This document shows, piece by piece, positions 17,951 to 35,993 of a stretch of DNA of 64,000 nt. A program made the translations under genes and the position numbers. This DNA is from Blastocystis sp. Blastoise. Its lineage: Eukaryota; Protista; Bigyra: Opalinata. Numbering within the stretch: the first letter of the stretch is position 1; each line of letters begins with the position of its first letter. The stretch covers positions 744,001-808,000 of the forward strand of contig JBBPEB010000009.1 of NCBI GenBank assembly GCA_039096225.1, written 5' to 3'. The notes beneath the pieces are model-generated. The model made no database searches, was not told the origin of the DNA, and saw nothing but the letters and a program-made list of their open reading frames with translations.

Positions 17951-20900
17951 TTAGTCAAATGAATAATTCACATAGTTTTCTTGAATAAATGAAGAATCCT
18001 TAAATTGTTGTTTATATATTTCAATTTGTTCAAATGAAATATCATAACCTATACAATATATAATTAATATAAATAATAATACATATACAGTAAAAAAATA
18101 TATATTTCAATTTAGGAAACTTTCCAGTAGTAATAAAATTAATAAGATTTGAGAATTGTTCCTCATCATAAATATCTATAAAAAAATGAAATTTCATAAA
18201 AAGAAAATTAAATAATAATATACATAATTTTAAAATTTTTATATTTTTAGTTTTATTTTCATTTATGCAATCAAATAATGTTTCTATCTCATATTTACTC
18301 ATCGTTTCATCTAAATAAGTATATCACTTTATTATGATATATATCTACCTTTATTACCAATAATTGTATCTATAAATGAATTAGTATCATATTTACATCG
18401 AAGAATAGAAGTATTAGGATCATAAACATAATGATCATCAGAATTATAATAAAAATCTATAGATCATAAAGTAATGAATATGAATCGTATCACTTACATC
18501 GACATTTTGTTAATTGAATAGTACTTGATAATGGAAAAATACTATTATTAATATATATACATAATTTTTGAATAAAATCATTCATCCAATCTTCATGGTA
18601 ATTATCTAAGATTATATATAATATTTAAAATAATTATTATTATATAATAAAGAAATTATACACAAATATTCATGGTTAATAATATAATATGTATTATTAC
18701 TAATAATATATACTAAACATGATAGATTCTAATTTAGGGAAATTATCTGTAGTATATAGTTCACAAAAGTCTTCATCAGGTATATCATTAATAACTAGAA
18801 TAATATTAATAAAAAATATGAAAAATATATAGAATACACTATAATTAATATATATATATATACATAAAACTAGTTTAGTTGCATTATGAAAATAACCTTT
18901 ACGTATTAATCGATTTATAAAAGTTATATAACAATCTAATAAAAATAATGAAGCCAATTAGATAATTATTAGTAACCATATACAGCATATTTATATATAT
19001 ATATATAAATACCTTTTATTGTAATAATAGAGGTCTTTGGAATTATTTTATTCATTATATTTTCTAATATTGTGAAATATTCGGAGGATGAATTTTTCCT
19101 GATATAACGTACTATATATATACATATATTTTATATTATTATATACATTTAATCGTTAGTCTACAAATAGAATAAATTTTATTGTCATTAAAAGCATTTG
19201 ATATCCATTTTAGATATTCTAAGCTAATATTATCATCAACTATAGTATTAATAAAAAGTACAATAATAATATAAAGTTAGAATATACATGAAATAGTTAA
19301 ATCATTCAAACATTCTAATACACTACTCTTAAAAAACCTTTCTAAAGAATTTCTCATATCATTTTTCATAATATCTATAAGTATTAATATTATATTGTAA
19401 CTATATATATAAATATAATGAATACCTCTGAATGTAATATCTAAACAATTAATATTTCTTTTATAATTTTCAAAACTATCTAGCTTTTCATTCTTTTCAG
19501 AATTAGAAGTATCAACTTTATACAATAAAAGATACATATATACTTATATATAATACATTAAAAATTTAATAATAAAAATATTTCATACTATAAAGGTCAT
19601 GAATTGAAATAAGATCTTTCTCTAATAATTCTTTTAAATGTGGAAAATCTAATATCAAATAATCTATGCAAAAAACAAATTATTATAAATATACAGAGAG
19701 TGTGATCGTATTAAATACATATATACTACTAAAATTTTCAGAAAATACATCAACATGAATTGAATGAGTATAAACTAGGTTATATAAAAGATAAGCTATT
19801 TCCTCTTTCTGATTGTCGTCAATTTTTTTTATTTTAATAGTATCGATTATAGATATTAAATCCATAGGAAATAGTAACTCAAAATATTTATAAGCTAGAT
19901 TAAAAATATAATAACTATAGATATATAAATTTACTTATTTCAATATTGTAATTGATAACATGTAATTTTGGAAAGCTTTTTCTTTTTATGAAAGATAATG
20001 AGAACGAGTCTATAATTAATATTTGTAATTATATTATACTAAATTAAATTATATTATATATTTACTATCATCATAAATTAGTTCAGTAACATTTGGAAAT
20101 ATATGAGTTGCCATTATTTTGTTAAATAGATTCTTATCAATTTTATCAGCTAATTTGTTAACTATATTAAATAATAATGTAGAGTAATTATATTGATAAT
20201 AATAACTAGACAGAAATACTCCACTGAACACTTAATCTAGTTAAAGAATCAAAAGCACCTTCTTCCAATGATTTTATAATAACCATAGCCTCATATTTTG
20301 AATTGGAAAGAACTAGTGTTTATTACTAAATTATTATATATTTATATACACATATTACACCCGATGTCTGAAATAGACAAATGAGAGAAAAGTTGTAATA
20401 ATTGAAACATACCGCATGTTGAAGATAATTTATCAATACTAGTTAATATTTTATATATATGAATAAACTAAAAATCATAAAAAATCATAAATTTGTATAT
20501 ACTGGAATAATTCATTATTTATTTTATCTATATATAAGAATAAATTAATGAAACAATTTTAATATATATATATATATACTATCAAATGTAATTCTGACTA
20601 TATCTTTAAGCATATTATTACAAACCATTTCACTATTTTTAACTTTTGAATAATCATTTGTATATATAGCTTCATTTATATTAAGTTTATATAATTTAGG
20701 TAAATGATTGTTTTTTCTTCTTTTATTATAAGAATGTATCAAATCATGTGATAAATAAGCATCATTAGTATCTAAAGAAGAGATTTTATAATATTCATTC
20801 ATTTCTGATTCGGAGTAATAATCACATTCTTCAGGTTTATTTGTTTCATAATCATCATTATAGTATAGACAAGTATATTCCATAATATATTCATCACTAT

Positions 20901-21744
20901 TTGGATTTAGTAATAGTTCAGTTTGTTCATAATGTGTATTTACTATATACATAATAGTAATTATATATATATATATATATACCTCTTATTATTAATTCTT
21001 TTAGTAAAGGAAATATATCTTTAATACACGATGGACATATATATTCTAATGGAATATTCGAGGCATATTCATCTGTATTTTATAAATTATATTATTATTA
21101 TACAAAAATATACATAGATACATTTTAAATATACTTGTGTTACATTCATCATCTTAAAAAAAACCGAATAATATAATAATAAATCTCTTTGTAAAGAAGT
21201 AATTAAGCCTATATATATATATAGCTTTTTATTTAATAATAATATAGTTACCATTAATATGAAGAATCTTATTCTCTGAATTAAATAATTCCATAGGAAT
21301 AGTCAACTGTTTTTTATCTGTATAACTATATATAAAATATTTCTTTTCATTCAAAAAATGAAGAAATAACTCTTTAACATGAAATAATAAATCACTTTGA
21401 ATTTCTTTATCAATAGTAACTGAGTATTCAACAAATGTTTTATATATATCATAACTATCTTTAAGATTTAAAGAAGAAATATCACGATTTTCATCATTAT
21501 AAAAGGAAATCACTTTTTTCATGCTCAATGAAGGCATATCTATATAATAACTACCATCATCATATTTCTCAGAGTGATCTATAATATCATAAAAGGGTAA
21601 TTGCTGATATTTCTCAATAAATTCTCTAGGAATCCATAATTGCGTCTCATCTTGGAATGTAAACAAATCTATAAACAAATAAATAATTTTTATTCATATT
21701 TGCATACATTTATATTCAGATAAGTGTAATTCAGCGCTTGACAT
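17951..21744 (-). CDS. Family A paralog A2: BTB-like plus LRR-like, multi-exon
   Basis: ATG at 21744, TAA at 17951-17953. ORFs 21229, 20545, 18700 and 18042 match A1 exons in order. Confidence 0.72.
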
Positions 21745-22037
21745 GGTAGTAATTGAACTATAATGACATAATGAGTTCAAAAATCATGATAGAAAGCAGA
21801 TATATATTAAATATAGGGTAACTACTTGCTAGAAACTTACTCAAATCAACTAAAATTAATATAGGCTATGAAGAAAATAGAATAATGTATTTTCTATTTT
21901 TATTTTTGAAATATTATGAAAATTATGAAAAATAGCTGACAAATCGCTTTATCTCTTTGATTTTTTTCTTTGTAAGCTTCAAATAAAAAAATATATATTT
22001 TTTAAATTCTTTTTTTATCTTTTAATCATATTTCACA

Positions 22038-23604
22038 ATGATAAAAGAGGATTATTTTTTATTTAGATTCTTTGAATCAAATTAAAGAAACTGTTAGTGG
22101 TTTAGATAAATTAATGAAGAAGGTTGTTGAAGGATTCATTTCTATCCTTTCTTTGGCACTTTATTCTGGTCTAAAACTTCAAGGTGCTCTTAATAATAAA
22201 TATGATGATTGTATTCAAAGAGGAAATGATAAGCTCTCAAAATTGAAACATTTTCTTGATAATGTTAAAGGAGAAACAACTGCAATAATGAATATGAATA
22301 ATACGAATGATACTGAGCTTATTCGTTTTTCTGGAAATGATCTTTTTTTTTCTTTATCAAAAAGACTTATCAATTCGATCCCTTATTCCTATATTTATGA
22401 ACAATCTGAATAAGAATTAAGAACAAGCGATGAAAATGTTTTCCTTGATTATCGAGGAAACGATGCATCCGTTTATTATTTATTAGATTATTTGAATGGA
22501 AAGAAAGTAGATTTTGATTCTTTTTGTTATGAAGAACAATTAGAAATATTAGATTTATTTGAATTTTGTGGCTTAATGATTCTTTTAGAATTGGTTGCTT
22601 GTAGAGAAAGAATAGATCGAAAAATGAAGAAATATGAAGAAGGAGATGAAGTTTCTTTGATTATTAATGGAAAGAAAAATGATATTATTAAAGACTATTT
22701 AGTTAAGAATGGTTTATGGAATAATTATGTTAAGAATTATGATAATGGATTTATTCATTATAATCCTAGTGATGAAAGTTTATATGTGAATAAACAATAT
22801 GAATATATTGAATATATTACTGGATATATAAATAATGGAACTATAGATATAGAAGAAGATAAGATAAGTGATATTAATAAAGAATTATTAGAGAAAGAAA
22901 TGATTGAATTATTTGGTGAAAAAGGAAGAGAAGCTGCGAAAGAAGCAATGATCCCAGGATGGTTCAAACAATCAACTATTATTGATGAAGAACTTACAAA
23001 ACCATTAGTGAATTGGCTTGGTAAAGCAAAGAAATGGAAATTATTATTTAAGTACTTATATTTTATTATATTATATAATTATATATATAGAGCAAGTGAA
23101 CATAATTATTCTGCACATGAATTCCATAAATATTGTGATAATAACGGAGAAACAGTTACTCTTATTAAACATATAGGTCATGATAATCGTATTAATATAT
23201 TTGGAGGATATACAGATCAAAGTTGGGAATCTAGAACAAGTAACTGTATATATTATTATTTATATGTTTATTTCGTATTCTTTTCTATAGGTGATAAATC
23301 TCCTTCTAAAGAATTTCTCTTTACATTAAGTAATGAACATGGTATTCCTCCTACTCAATATCTACATAATGGCATAGGTAGAGGTATATATTGTCGTTCT
23401 TCTTATGGCCCTGTATTTGGTGGTGGCAGTGATATATATATAGGTGATAATTGCCATACTAATAATAATAATGCATTGACTAATTCAAAATCATTTACTA
23501 CTGTGAATACTCCTCAAAAACATTCATTATTTGTGAATACTGCTAATGCTAATTCTAGAAATGATTTTACAGTAGAAGATTATGAAGTCTGGGGAAGAGC
23601 TTAA
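22038..23604 (+). pseudogene. Family B paralog B3: BTB-like x2 plus TLDc protein, with an in-frame TAA at 22411-22413
   Basis: The frame continues after the TAA (ELRTSDENVFLDYRGND) into ORF 22492, which has a complete TLDc domain ending EDYEVWGRA. Confidence 0.72.
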
Positions 23605-23919
23605 GAACAATTATTTATATATAAAAATATCAATTTTCTTTAATATATATTTATATATGTAATTACTTTTTAACATTTTTTATAAACTATTATATTTTTT
23701 TATTGTATATTTTTTTTATATAAATATCTAAAAGTGTTTATTTTAATAATATGTATATTAATAAATAAGTTTGGCTTTAAAATAGTTAAAAAAATAATCA
23801 CTTTTATAGATTATTTCATTTACAACAGTAACAAATTATATATTACAAACATAATTACATAACAATATATAAAAAAGATTTATTGAAAATTTTAAAAAAC
23901 TAGATATTTTTTATTTTTC

Positions 23920-26900
23920 TCATTTAAATATAATTGATAATTGTGGATTATATTTCTTTTTATAATCTTCTAAAATAGATTTATAATCAAACTCTATATC
24001 TATAGATTTAAACATCATATACTATATAAATATATACATGAGTTATATAAGTACAGTATTCTTAAATAAGGAAAAGAATTCTTTGCAATTAAGTTTATAA
24101 TATTCTTTATATAAGGATTATCTTCAATAACTATATATTATGAATAATGTGCATAATAATATTATATAAACATAAATCTAATTGAACAATTAACTGAATA
24201 TATTCCATTTCTAATTGATTATATATGTACTTACAATATATAAGATATATATCTTTATATTTCTTCATTATTTTATTCATAGATATATATTGAATATATT
24301 TATGAAAAGAAAGCGAAACAGAAGTAATGATTCGAATATATTTTGAATAGCATATTCATTCTGAGATTCTAATAGTAATATAATTAATATATATAAAAAT
24401 AAGAATTTATTCTTAACAATAAAAGGATATATATAACTAATAATTACAACTAAATAATTAAATAGAAAATGAATATAAGATATATAAATATATTAATGAT
24501 ACAAAAATATATGTTGAATATTAAGTTTTATTTATTTGAAGCAAGAAAGAGTTTTAATATAGTCTTCTTTAAATAACATAATATATGTAAATAATTCATC
24601 AAAACTATCGTTATCTTCTATATATATTTATATTATCAATATAACTATTAAACATACTAGAAATAAAACTAATTTCCAATGTTTGAAGTTTTTTCAATTT
24701 ATTATTCTTAAATAGCCAGTATATATTTGTCATTAAATCATTAAATTCATTTTTATTAACTATATATATAATTGACTAATATATATTATAATTCGTGCAA
24801 ATTGATATTTTTACATAATTGATATTGTCAATAAAGGTAGAGATAAGCAATCATTGAATATATAGGATACAAAGAAACAATCTATTTGTATATATATATA
24901 ATATTTAAATTGATATACAAGTTAATTTTATTCTAGTAAGATTATTAGAAAACAAGGAGAAGAAATGATATAATATTTGTAAGGTTTTAACTTTTAGTTT
25001 GTTTTTATATAACTATGAATAGAATAGAACGTTATATCATCTATATATAAAGATATAAAGATATACATAATCATACCTATTGACAAAGTAGTCACGTTTT
25101 TATAGTTTCCAAAGATAAAAATGAGAAATATTCATAAATATATTGATTCACATAATATTCTCATCTTCATCACTATAATCTTCCCAATCACTATCATATT
25201 CATACTCTTCATCTTCATCTGGATTGACTAAAAATTATATAATTAATTCGAATAATAAATAGAATAAATAGAAAATAAAAAAAAACAAATACAGTTAATA
25301 AAAAGTGTTTGAAGTTCATTATAATTTATATCTTTCCTGCAATTTTTCAATTCATTTAATATCTTATACTGAAATGAATTCGCATCTATTATATTAAATA
25401 GATATATACAAATATATATATATACTAAGAATAAGTGATTTAACCATACACTTCTTAGATTTATTTGAGAAATATAAAATCTAGTATATTTCATCTCATA
25501 TACTAAAAGAATATAGAAATAATAATATTATTATATATAAATATATTAACAATAATGATATAATATATGTACAATCAATAATTAGATTATTAAAGTATAT
25601 GACTTTAGAATTCATTAACTAATTCCACACAACATCATATTCATTTAAAAAAAATGAACCTATATATATAGTATAATAATAATAATTCATAATACCATTT
25701 ATGTATACCTTGAATAGTAAAATAATTAGAATTATTAGTATTCAATATAGCTTCTGACATTTCTGGATACACCACAACATTCTCTAAGATATCAGACAAT
25801 ATATCTTTATCATAAATTATAGTATCCATTAGTTGTATTATAGATTCATAAAATAAAACAAATTTATAATTCTCTTTATATATATGAATTTCATTTCGAA
25901 TAATATCGCTGATATCATATATATGCAACTTTGGAAAATGATTTCTTGTTATTAATTGCAATATCTCTTGAAAAAGTGGAATATATAAATCATAGGAAAA
26001 ATCTATAAATATTATAATATATATAATATAGAATGAGATATATTAAATATATACATGTTATTTTTAATGTAGTTACATTAGGAAATACATGAGTAGTAAT
26101 AATATCTTTGAATAATTGTATATATTCAGGATATGATCCTGGTTGAATAACTATATAATAATAATAAATATTATAGATTATATATATTACAATTGAATAT
26201 ATTGAATATAATAATAGTATCTACTAATCCATCTCTAATTGTTATTAATAATGGAGGAATATCGAATTGAATCTTCACTCTAGGATTCTCTAATATATAT
26301 ATATTTAATAGTTATTACATATATACGAAGAGTAACTAGTTGTTTAATATGCTTCATTATTGGAAAATGAATAAATAGAAGACTATCGTTGAACACGAAG
26401 ATAACGATAGCCTATTCATATTTATATATTATAAATATATTCTAATAATTAAATAATTTCTTCAATTATATAGAGTACAAAAACAATAAAATATGATTAT
26501 ATACTCTACAATTAGATGTTGTATATCTCGTTCTATATATATAAATATATATAATATATATATATACCTCCATCTTGGATAAATATAAATTTCATATAAG
26601 AAATATATTTATTATTATATAATAATAAATTCTTCTTCTCGAACTCCATTTGTTGTGCATCATAATCACGGGAATAGCATGAAAGTATAACAAATAGATC
26701 TGGTTTTATTTCATTGTTTTCTTCATTTATTTCTTTATCTATATCTATATTTTTGTGAGAAATATCATTTTCTTTCTTATTCATATTTTTTTTTCATTTC
26801 TTTTGGATAAATATGAATTAAATTGTTATATATATAATTGTTTTCTTTACTGTTCTTGATTTTCTATAAATAGAATATTCTTTTGGAAAATAAGTTTGAT

Positions 26901-27818
26901 AATATTGTCGTTTATATTCTTTATACAATAGACTATAATGAGGATCAGAAGGAGGTATATATATCTCTTTTCTATGAGAATAATAGGAAGCTATATAAAA
27001 AAAATTCAAATATATATGTAAATAAAATAATATATAATATACGTTCTATAAAAAGCATTTCTAGTTTTTGAAATACTTCATGTAAATTGGAAGAATATAT
27101 ATATTCATAAGGAATATCTTCAGAGAAATCAACTATATATATATAATTAATGGCTTTATAAATCTAATACTATACATTTTAAAGTAACAATTGTAATATT
27201 AAAGAAATCAAATAATGGAGAATATTGATAAAATAATTGATTTCTCTCTTCTGTTATGATATCTATACATTCATGTATATAATAATAAAATGAAATAAAT
27301 ATACCATGAATAATAAGTTGAAATCGTATTATTTTCATTTCATCACTTTCATTTATTCTATAAATATTTATAAAATAAAATACAGTTCACATTTATTATT
27401 CACAATAAAACTCTGTAAAGAATCCCAAAGAAATGTATATATTCTTATCTTATCTTCATAGGATTCATCTCCATAAAAATAATTTATATCTGAATGAATT
27501 GAGATTACATCTTTTAAAGGCAGAATATCAAGAAGTTTTGCATTCTCCATAAATGGGATCATTTTATGTATTGATAAACATAAAAGATCAATGTAATAAG
27601 ATTTTTATTCTTCTATGAAATCATTAGTATTCATAGATACCAAAGAAAACATGGAATTAGGATATTTTTGTAGAAGAGAATTTGAAATTGTGATTGTTGA
27701 TTCATCCTGTAATATAAATAATACTTTAAAAATTATATATTTATGCTCAGTATGTATGAATAGAAAAAATACTTTGTTTTTCTTGACAATTTGTTTTTTG
27801 CATCTCTTCTTCAAGCAT
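23920..27818 (-). pseudogene. Family C gene C2: divergent BTB-like plus LRR-like gene with an in-frame TAA (27605-27607) and a probable frameshift near 26845
   Basis: LFILQDESTITI...KYP...SYYID resembles the family A N-terminus; THVFPNVT and FPKLHI are shared with family A. Confidence 0.6.
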
Positions 27819-28727
27819 TATATTATTATTTTAATAACAGAGATATCTGATATTTGCATTTAAAATAAGAAATAGGTGTTGAATATTGAATATGAATGAA
27901 GAATAGACAATAATAAATAATAAAAATATTCAAACAATTTCAGTTGTAAACTGAATCCCTCAAATGAATTCACAAGTTTTAAAATCCATGTTTGATTGTT
28001 TTTTCTATTTATATCAGTCAATATTGTATATGTGATTCTTTTTAATTGATATTTATATATTAGGATTGCTATTATACTCAAAAAGTATTTTATTATGAAT
28101 TTATATCAAGTATTTCACAAAATACGCTATTTATGTGGTTAAACTAAGGTATATTTCTATTTTTAATTATGCTATAGACTATATATTCATATATATAAAT
28201 CATATTAATTAAAATTATTGAATAATTCATAAGTTAATCTCAAAATGACTTCATTCACATTATAGAAACATTATTTGAGTCACTTCATCATATTTATCTA
28301 TTATTTTTGAATTCCTAGAGCATAAAATCAAGGTTTGAAAAAGTATAATAATAAGAAAATCAAATGAAAAAATCAAAACTTCATTAATATCCATATTTTC
28401 TTTTCTTTATATGAATCTATACTGCATGAATTGATCTAAAAGAACATTTTAAATGCTCATAAATTGCATAAAGAGACATATTCAACAAAATAAATCTTAC
28501 AAAATATATTCGCGGTCTTTTAGCAATTCTCTAATCATTTTTTATTTATTTTCATGAAGATTCTTCTAAAAAATTTGCAAGTTTTGTTTACTCTTTTATC
28601 CACTATTTATTATGTTTATAATAGAGTATAACAATTTCTAAAGCATTTATTTATTGTATATATAAGAAAATACTTTTTAAAATATATTAATATCGGATTA
28701 CATTGTCATTATAGTTGAATTCAAGTG

Positions 28728-29243
28728 ATGCCAACAAGTGATTTTCAATTAACTGAAGATAAATGTATTAGAATATTATTAAAAAAATATTTATTTGCTT
28801 TTCTAGATTTATTTACATTCCAAGATGAGACAAAATTATGGATTCCAAAAAAAATTATTGAGAAATATCAGCAATTACCGTTCTATGATATCATTAAACA
28901 CTCTGAGAAATATGATGATGGTAGTTATTATGTTGATATGCCTTCTTCTCCTATGAATAATGTGATTGATTTTTTGATGAAAGAAAACGTGGATATTTCT
29001 TCTTTAAATCTACGAGATAGTTATGATATATATAAAGCACTTATTGAATATTCAATTACAATTGATAAAAAAATTCAAGGTGATTTATTATCTCATGTTA
29101 AAGATTTATTTATTACTTATTTGAAAGACAATAATTATAGAATATGTTGCGATTTAAATAATTTTCGATATATGCCTATGACGTCATATAAAATAAAGAA
29201 AATACAAATGCGTATAAAAGGTATTCATATATATTGTTTACCC

Positions 29244-29334
<91 letters not shown>

Positions 29335-32300
29335 GTTTAATTAATTCTCAACAAAAGCAAGAATTATTATAATATTCATTACTAATTAAAATGATGAATA
29401 TTGGTGAGATTGTAATTGAATGTATATATATCTAGTATACTATAACTAATAATATATATATAGATGATTATGCATCAAATATTCCATTAGAATATATATG
29501 TCCATCGTGTATTCAAGATATATTCCCTTCATTAAAAGAGATTATGATAACTGGTATATATATATATATAATATTAATATATATATAGTAACAACACATT
29601 ATAAGAAAACTGAACTATTATTAAATCCAAATAGTGATGAATATATAATGGAATATAATCGTTTATTATATAAAGTTGAATCTAGCATATGTAAACGTAA
29701 AAAACATGAGTGCTATACTGAATCCGAAATGAATGAATATAATAAGATTTCTTCTTTAGATCTTAATAAAATATATTATTCACAGGATTTGATTGATTCT
29801 TATAATAAAAGAAGAAACATAAATCAATTACCAAAATTATATACTATGATTATTAATGAAGCTATATATACAGATGATTATTCACAAATAGAAATTAATG
29901 AAACAGAAGATGAATATACATTTGATGATGTAGTTACTATTGGATTTAGTGGTATATATATATATATATCATAAATTTATGTATGTATTATTATTATATA
30001 AAGATAATACAAACTATAAAACATTCTGGTATATAATTTTATATATTTATATTGTGAATTATGATGAGTATATTTATATATATAAAATAGTATTGATATA
30101 ATATCTACTAAACTGGGTATATCTCAATTATTACGTCTTTCTTCCTTTTATTCTATTTCAAAAATGGTATTTGATACATGTAAATAATATATATTTATAT
30201 TTATATATAATCAATTTTAAAATGTATTTTAGATTATTCTTCTCAGTATAAATATATAAATATTGTAAAATCATTGGAAGAAGGTGTTTTCGATTCTTTA
30301 ACTACATTCAGTATTTACTGGAGTATCCTTTTCTAATTATTATAATTATCAATATTATTATTCAATATAGTTAAAGAATTAACTTATGGAAGTGACAAAA
30401 ATATATGGATGAAAATAATGGCAAGTCATATATTTCCTAATGTTACTGAACTTATATATGATGATGGTATATATATATATATAGAATTATTCGAATTATC
30501 TTATATATATGTAGAATCATTTGATTTGTCTTCAATAAAAAGAAAATGTTTTCCAAAACTACATATTATTAGCTACAACATAAAACATGGTAAATTTATA
30601 TATATATGAAATATTTTAAAGTATTTTATATTAGTTGTTGATCATCTTGAGTATTTATTTCCCATGGATTTATTATCTATAATTAATACTATTCATATAT
30701 GTCAAGTGAATGAAACTCAAAATGAAAAATTAGCTCTTCTTTTAGATAATATAGCTTATACTCATTCTATTTGTATTGATGGAATGGGTATATACTAATA
30801 TTATTACTTTTATTATTTTATCAATTTTGATTATTATTATTATTAAAGATTATCATACTCTCTCTATAATGAATAATATATATATATATAGATAATTTTA
30901 TTTACTCTTTTCCACATTTAAAAGAATTAGTAGAGAAAAATATTATTTCTATTCATAACCTTTATAGTATAATTTTTTAAATTTTCAGTTAAAAAATATT
31001 ATTTATATATATATATATATATATATTCTATTTTTTATATCTTATAAAGTTGATTCTTCTAATTCTGAAAATATTAAAAAATTAGATTATTTTGAAAATT
31101 ATAAACGAAACATCGATTGTTTAGATATTAAGTTTAAAAGTATTTATTTATACTAATTAATAATATAAATTGATATATATTATTTAATAGTAGTATTTAT
31201 TGATATATAGTAAATAGATGTTTTCTTTATAATAGTGATCAAGATAATCAAAATGAAATTAATATAATAAATACTTTGAAGAAATTCTTAAGTAGTAATA
31301 TATTACAAAACTTGAATAGTCTGACTGTTTCATGTATATTCTTTCTTAATATATTATATATTAATATTATGTTTTATATACTATTTATAGTTGATAGTGA
31401 CATAAGTTTAAAATACTTAAAATTGATATCAAATATTTTTCATGACAATAAAATTAATACTATTCATAAATTAAAGATTAAACGTATATTATATGATGAT
31501 ATAATAAATAAATATATAAATATATATATATTAGACTATTTTATTAAGACATACTCACCATCTGATTATTTTGATTTATTAGAAAATACATTGGAAAATT
31601 TAGTTCCTAAAGCTTCTATTATTTCAATTGAATGTATATATATATATATATATTTATAAATTTTATTTAACTAATTCTATTATTATTAACAGCTTGTATT
31701 ATGGATTTAATAACCAAAATAATCTGTAAAGAATGTTTTCATAAGACAACTCAATTAAATTTAGGTATATACATATAATATGTATTATATTAAAAAAAAG
31801 ATTTTTTTATTATACTATATTATCTAAATAATCTAATTTTAATTTGAACATTATTGTAGGGCTTAATGACATATGTGATGATAGCTTTTTCAAAATCTTT
31901 ACAATAAATAATTTCCCTCAACTAAAATCTCTCAAGATTTGTATACATATATTATAATATATATTATAGTAAGTATCATGAATTATTTATGTATTCTTTT
32001 TATTATTTAATGATTTTTTTTTTAGTCTAATAATATGTATATCTATAGGTAAATATGATAATAGAGAATGGTTGATTACTTTTATTAATGGATTATGTAA
32101 ATCTATTAATAATAGTAACTTTCCATCCTCATGTATTATTCAATTAAGTAGTAGTATGTTAGTAATAATGATATTATACATATTTGTTAATATTATAATT
32201 CTATAGATTCCATTTTCTCTCAAGATGATTATATTTATGATTCAAATGCTTCTATTTTTCAATATAAATATAATATGAATTCATTTATAAATACAATTAT

Positions 32301-32722
32301 TGGTACAAAAAGTATCTATATAATAATAACATATTATATATATAGATGATATGATTAGTAAATTTGAAATAGAAACAATATTTGATTGTATAAAAGAAAA
32401 TAAAATTCAAAGATTAAGAAGTTTTAAAATATGTATATATGTATATATTTAATATTCTATAGAATATTCATTTTTATAGATATTTATGATGAGGAACAAT
32501 TATCAAAACTTATCAATTTTATTACTATTGGAAAATTTCCTAAGTTGGAAGATTTTATTATATGTATTAGTATGTATATAATTATTTATATCTACTTTAT
32601 ATTCTATAGAAATCTATATTCTACCTAAACACGTTGATATGTATAAACAACAATTAAAAGAGTCATCATTTATTCATGAGAATCATATACATTATCAATT
32701 AAAACCGATGACATATTTTTAA
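28728..32722 (+). pseudogene. Family A paralog A3: BTB-like plus LRR-like, with an in-frame TAA at 29370-29372
   Basis: Exon-by-exon match to A1 and A2. QELL*YSLL aligns with EEFLHYSLL (A1) and DLLYYSVF (A2). Confidence 0.68.
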
Positions 32723-33224
32723 TATTTTAAGGTATTTTTCTTGATATATTCTTTTTATCTAATTATTTTTTGTAAAATTCTAATAACTTGTAATGAATTG
32801 CTATAAAGATTAGTGGCAAATTTGTTATATTGCTATTATATATTTTGTTATATTCACTCAAGAAGCATATAAGAAGGTTTCAATCAGTTGTTTTCATGAT
32901 AAAAGTCACAATAATGAAGTAAAACTCTGAACAATTTATTTTTTTGTTGTTTTAAATATATTCTCAAAACATATGAAGAGATTCTATGGAAATTAGTTAA
33001 TATGGCAAATAATAAATAGGATTTTGTTGAATTTCAAAGAATACTTTTAAGAAATGCATATATTATTCGTAGTATAAACGTTATACCCATAGACAACAGA
33101 ACACATGATATAATAATAGATTAACAAATGTTAAAACATGAAAACAGATAAAGAAAAAAATAACGAAAGAAAAAGATAATTTTAAAAAAGTGAATAATAA
33201 TTGAAATTATTTACTTTATAGATA

Positions 33225-35919
<2,695 letters not shown>

Positions 35920-35993
35920 TGGTAATAGTCGCAAATAATTTTTGTCAAATAACCAACAAAATTCTAATTTTCTTTTCATTTTTCGATTTCTAA

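Noticed and set aside
22411-29372. Genome-wide stop codon reassignment (TAA read as Glu/Gln)
   Set aside because: Long conserved exons (LRR, TMF1, transposase, ZPR1) contain no in-frame TAA, and TAA terminates most genes here.
30323-30370. GTATCCTTT donor in A3 resembling a U12 GT-AG intron
   Set aside because: No TCCTTRAC branch site, and paralogous introns start GTATTT.
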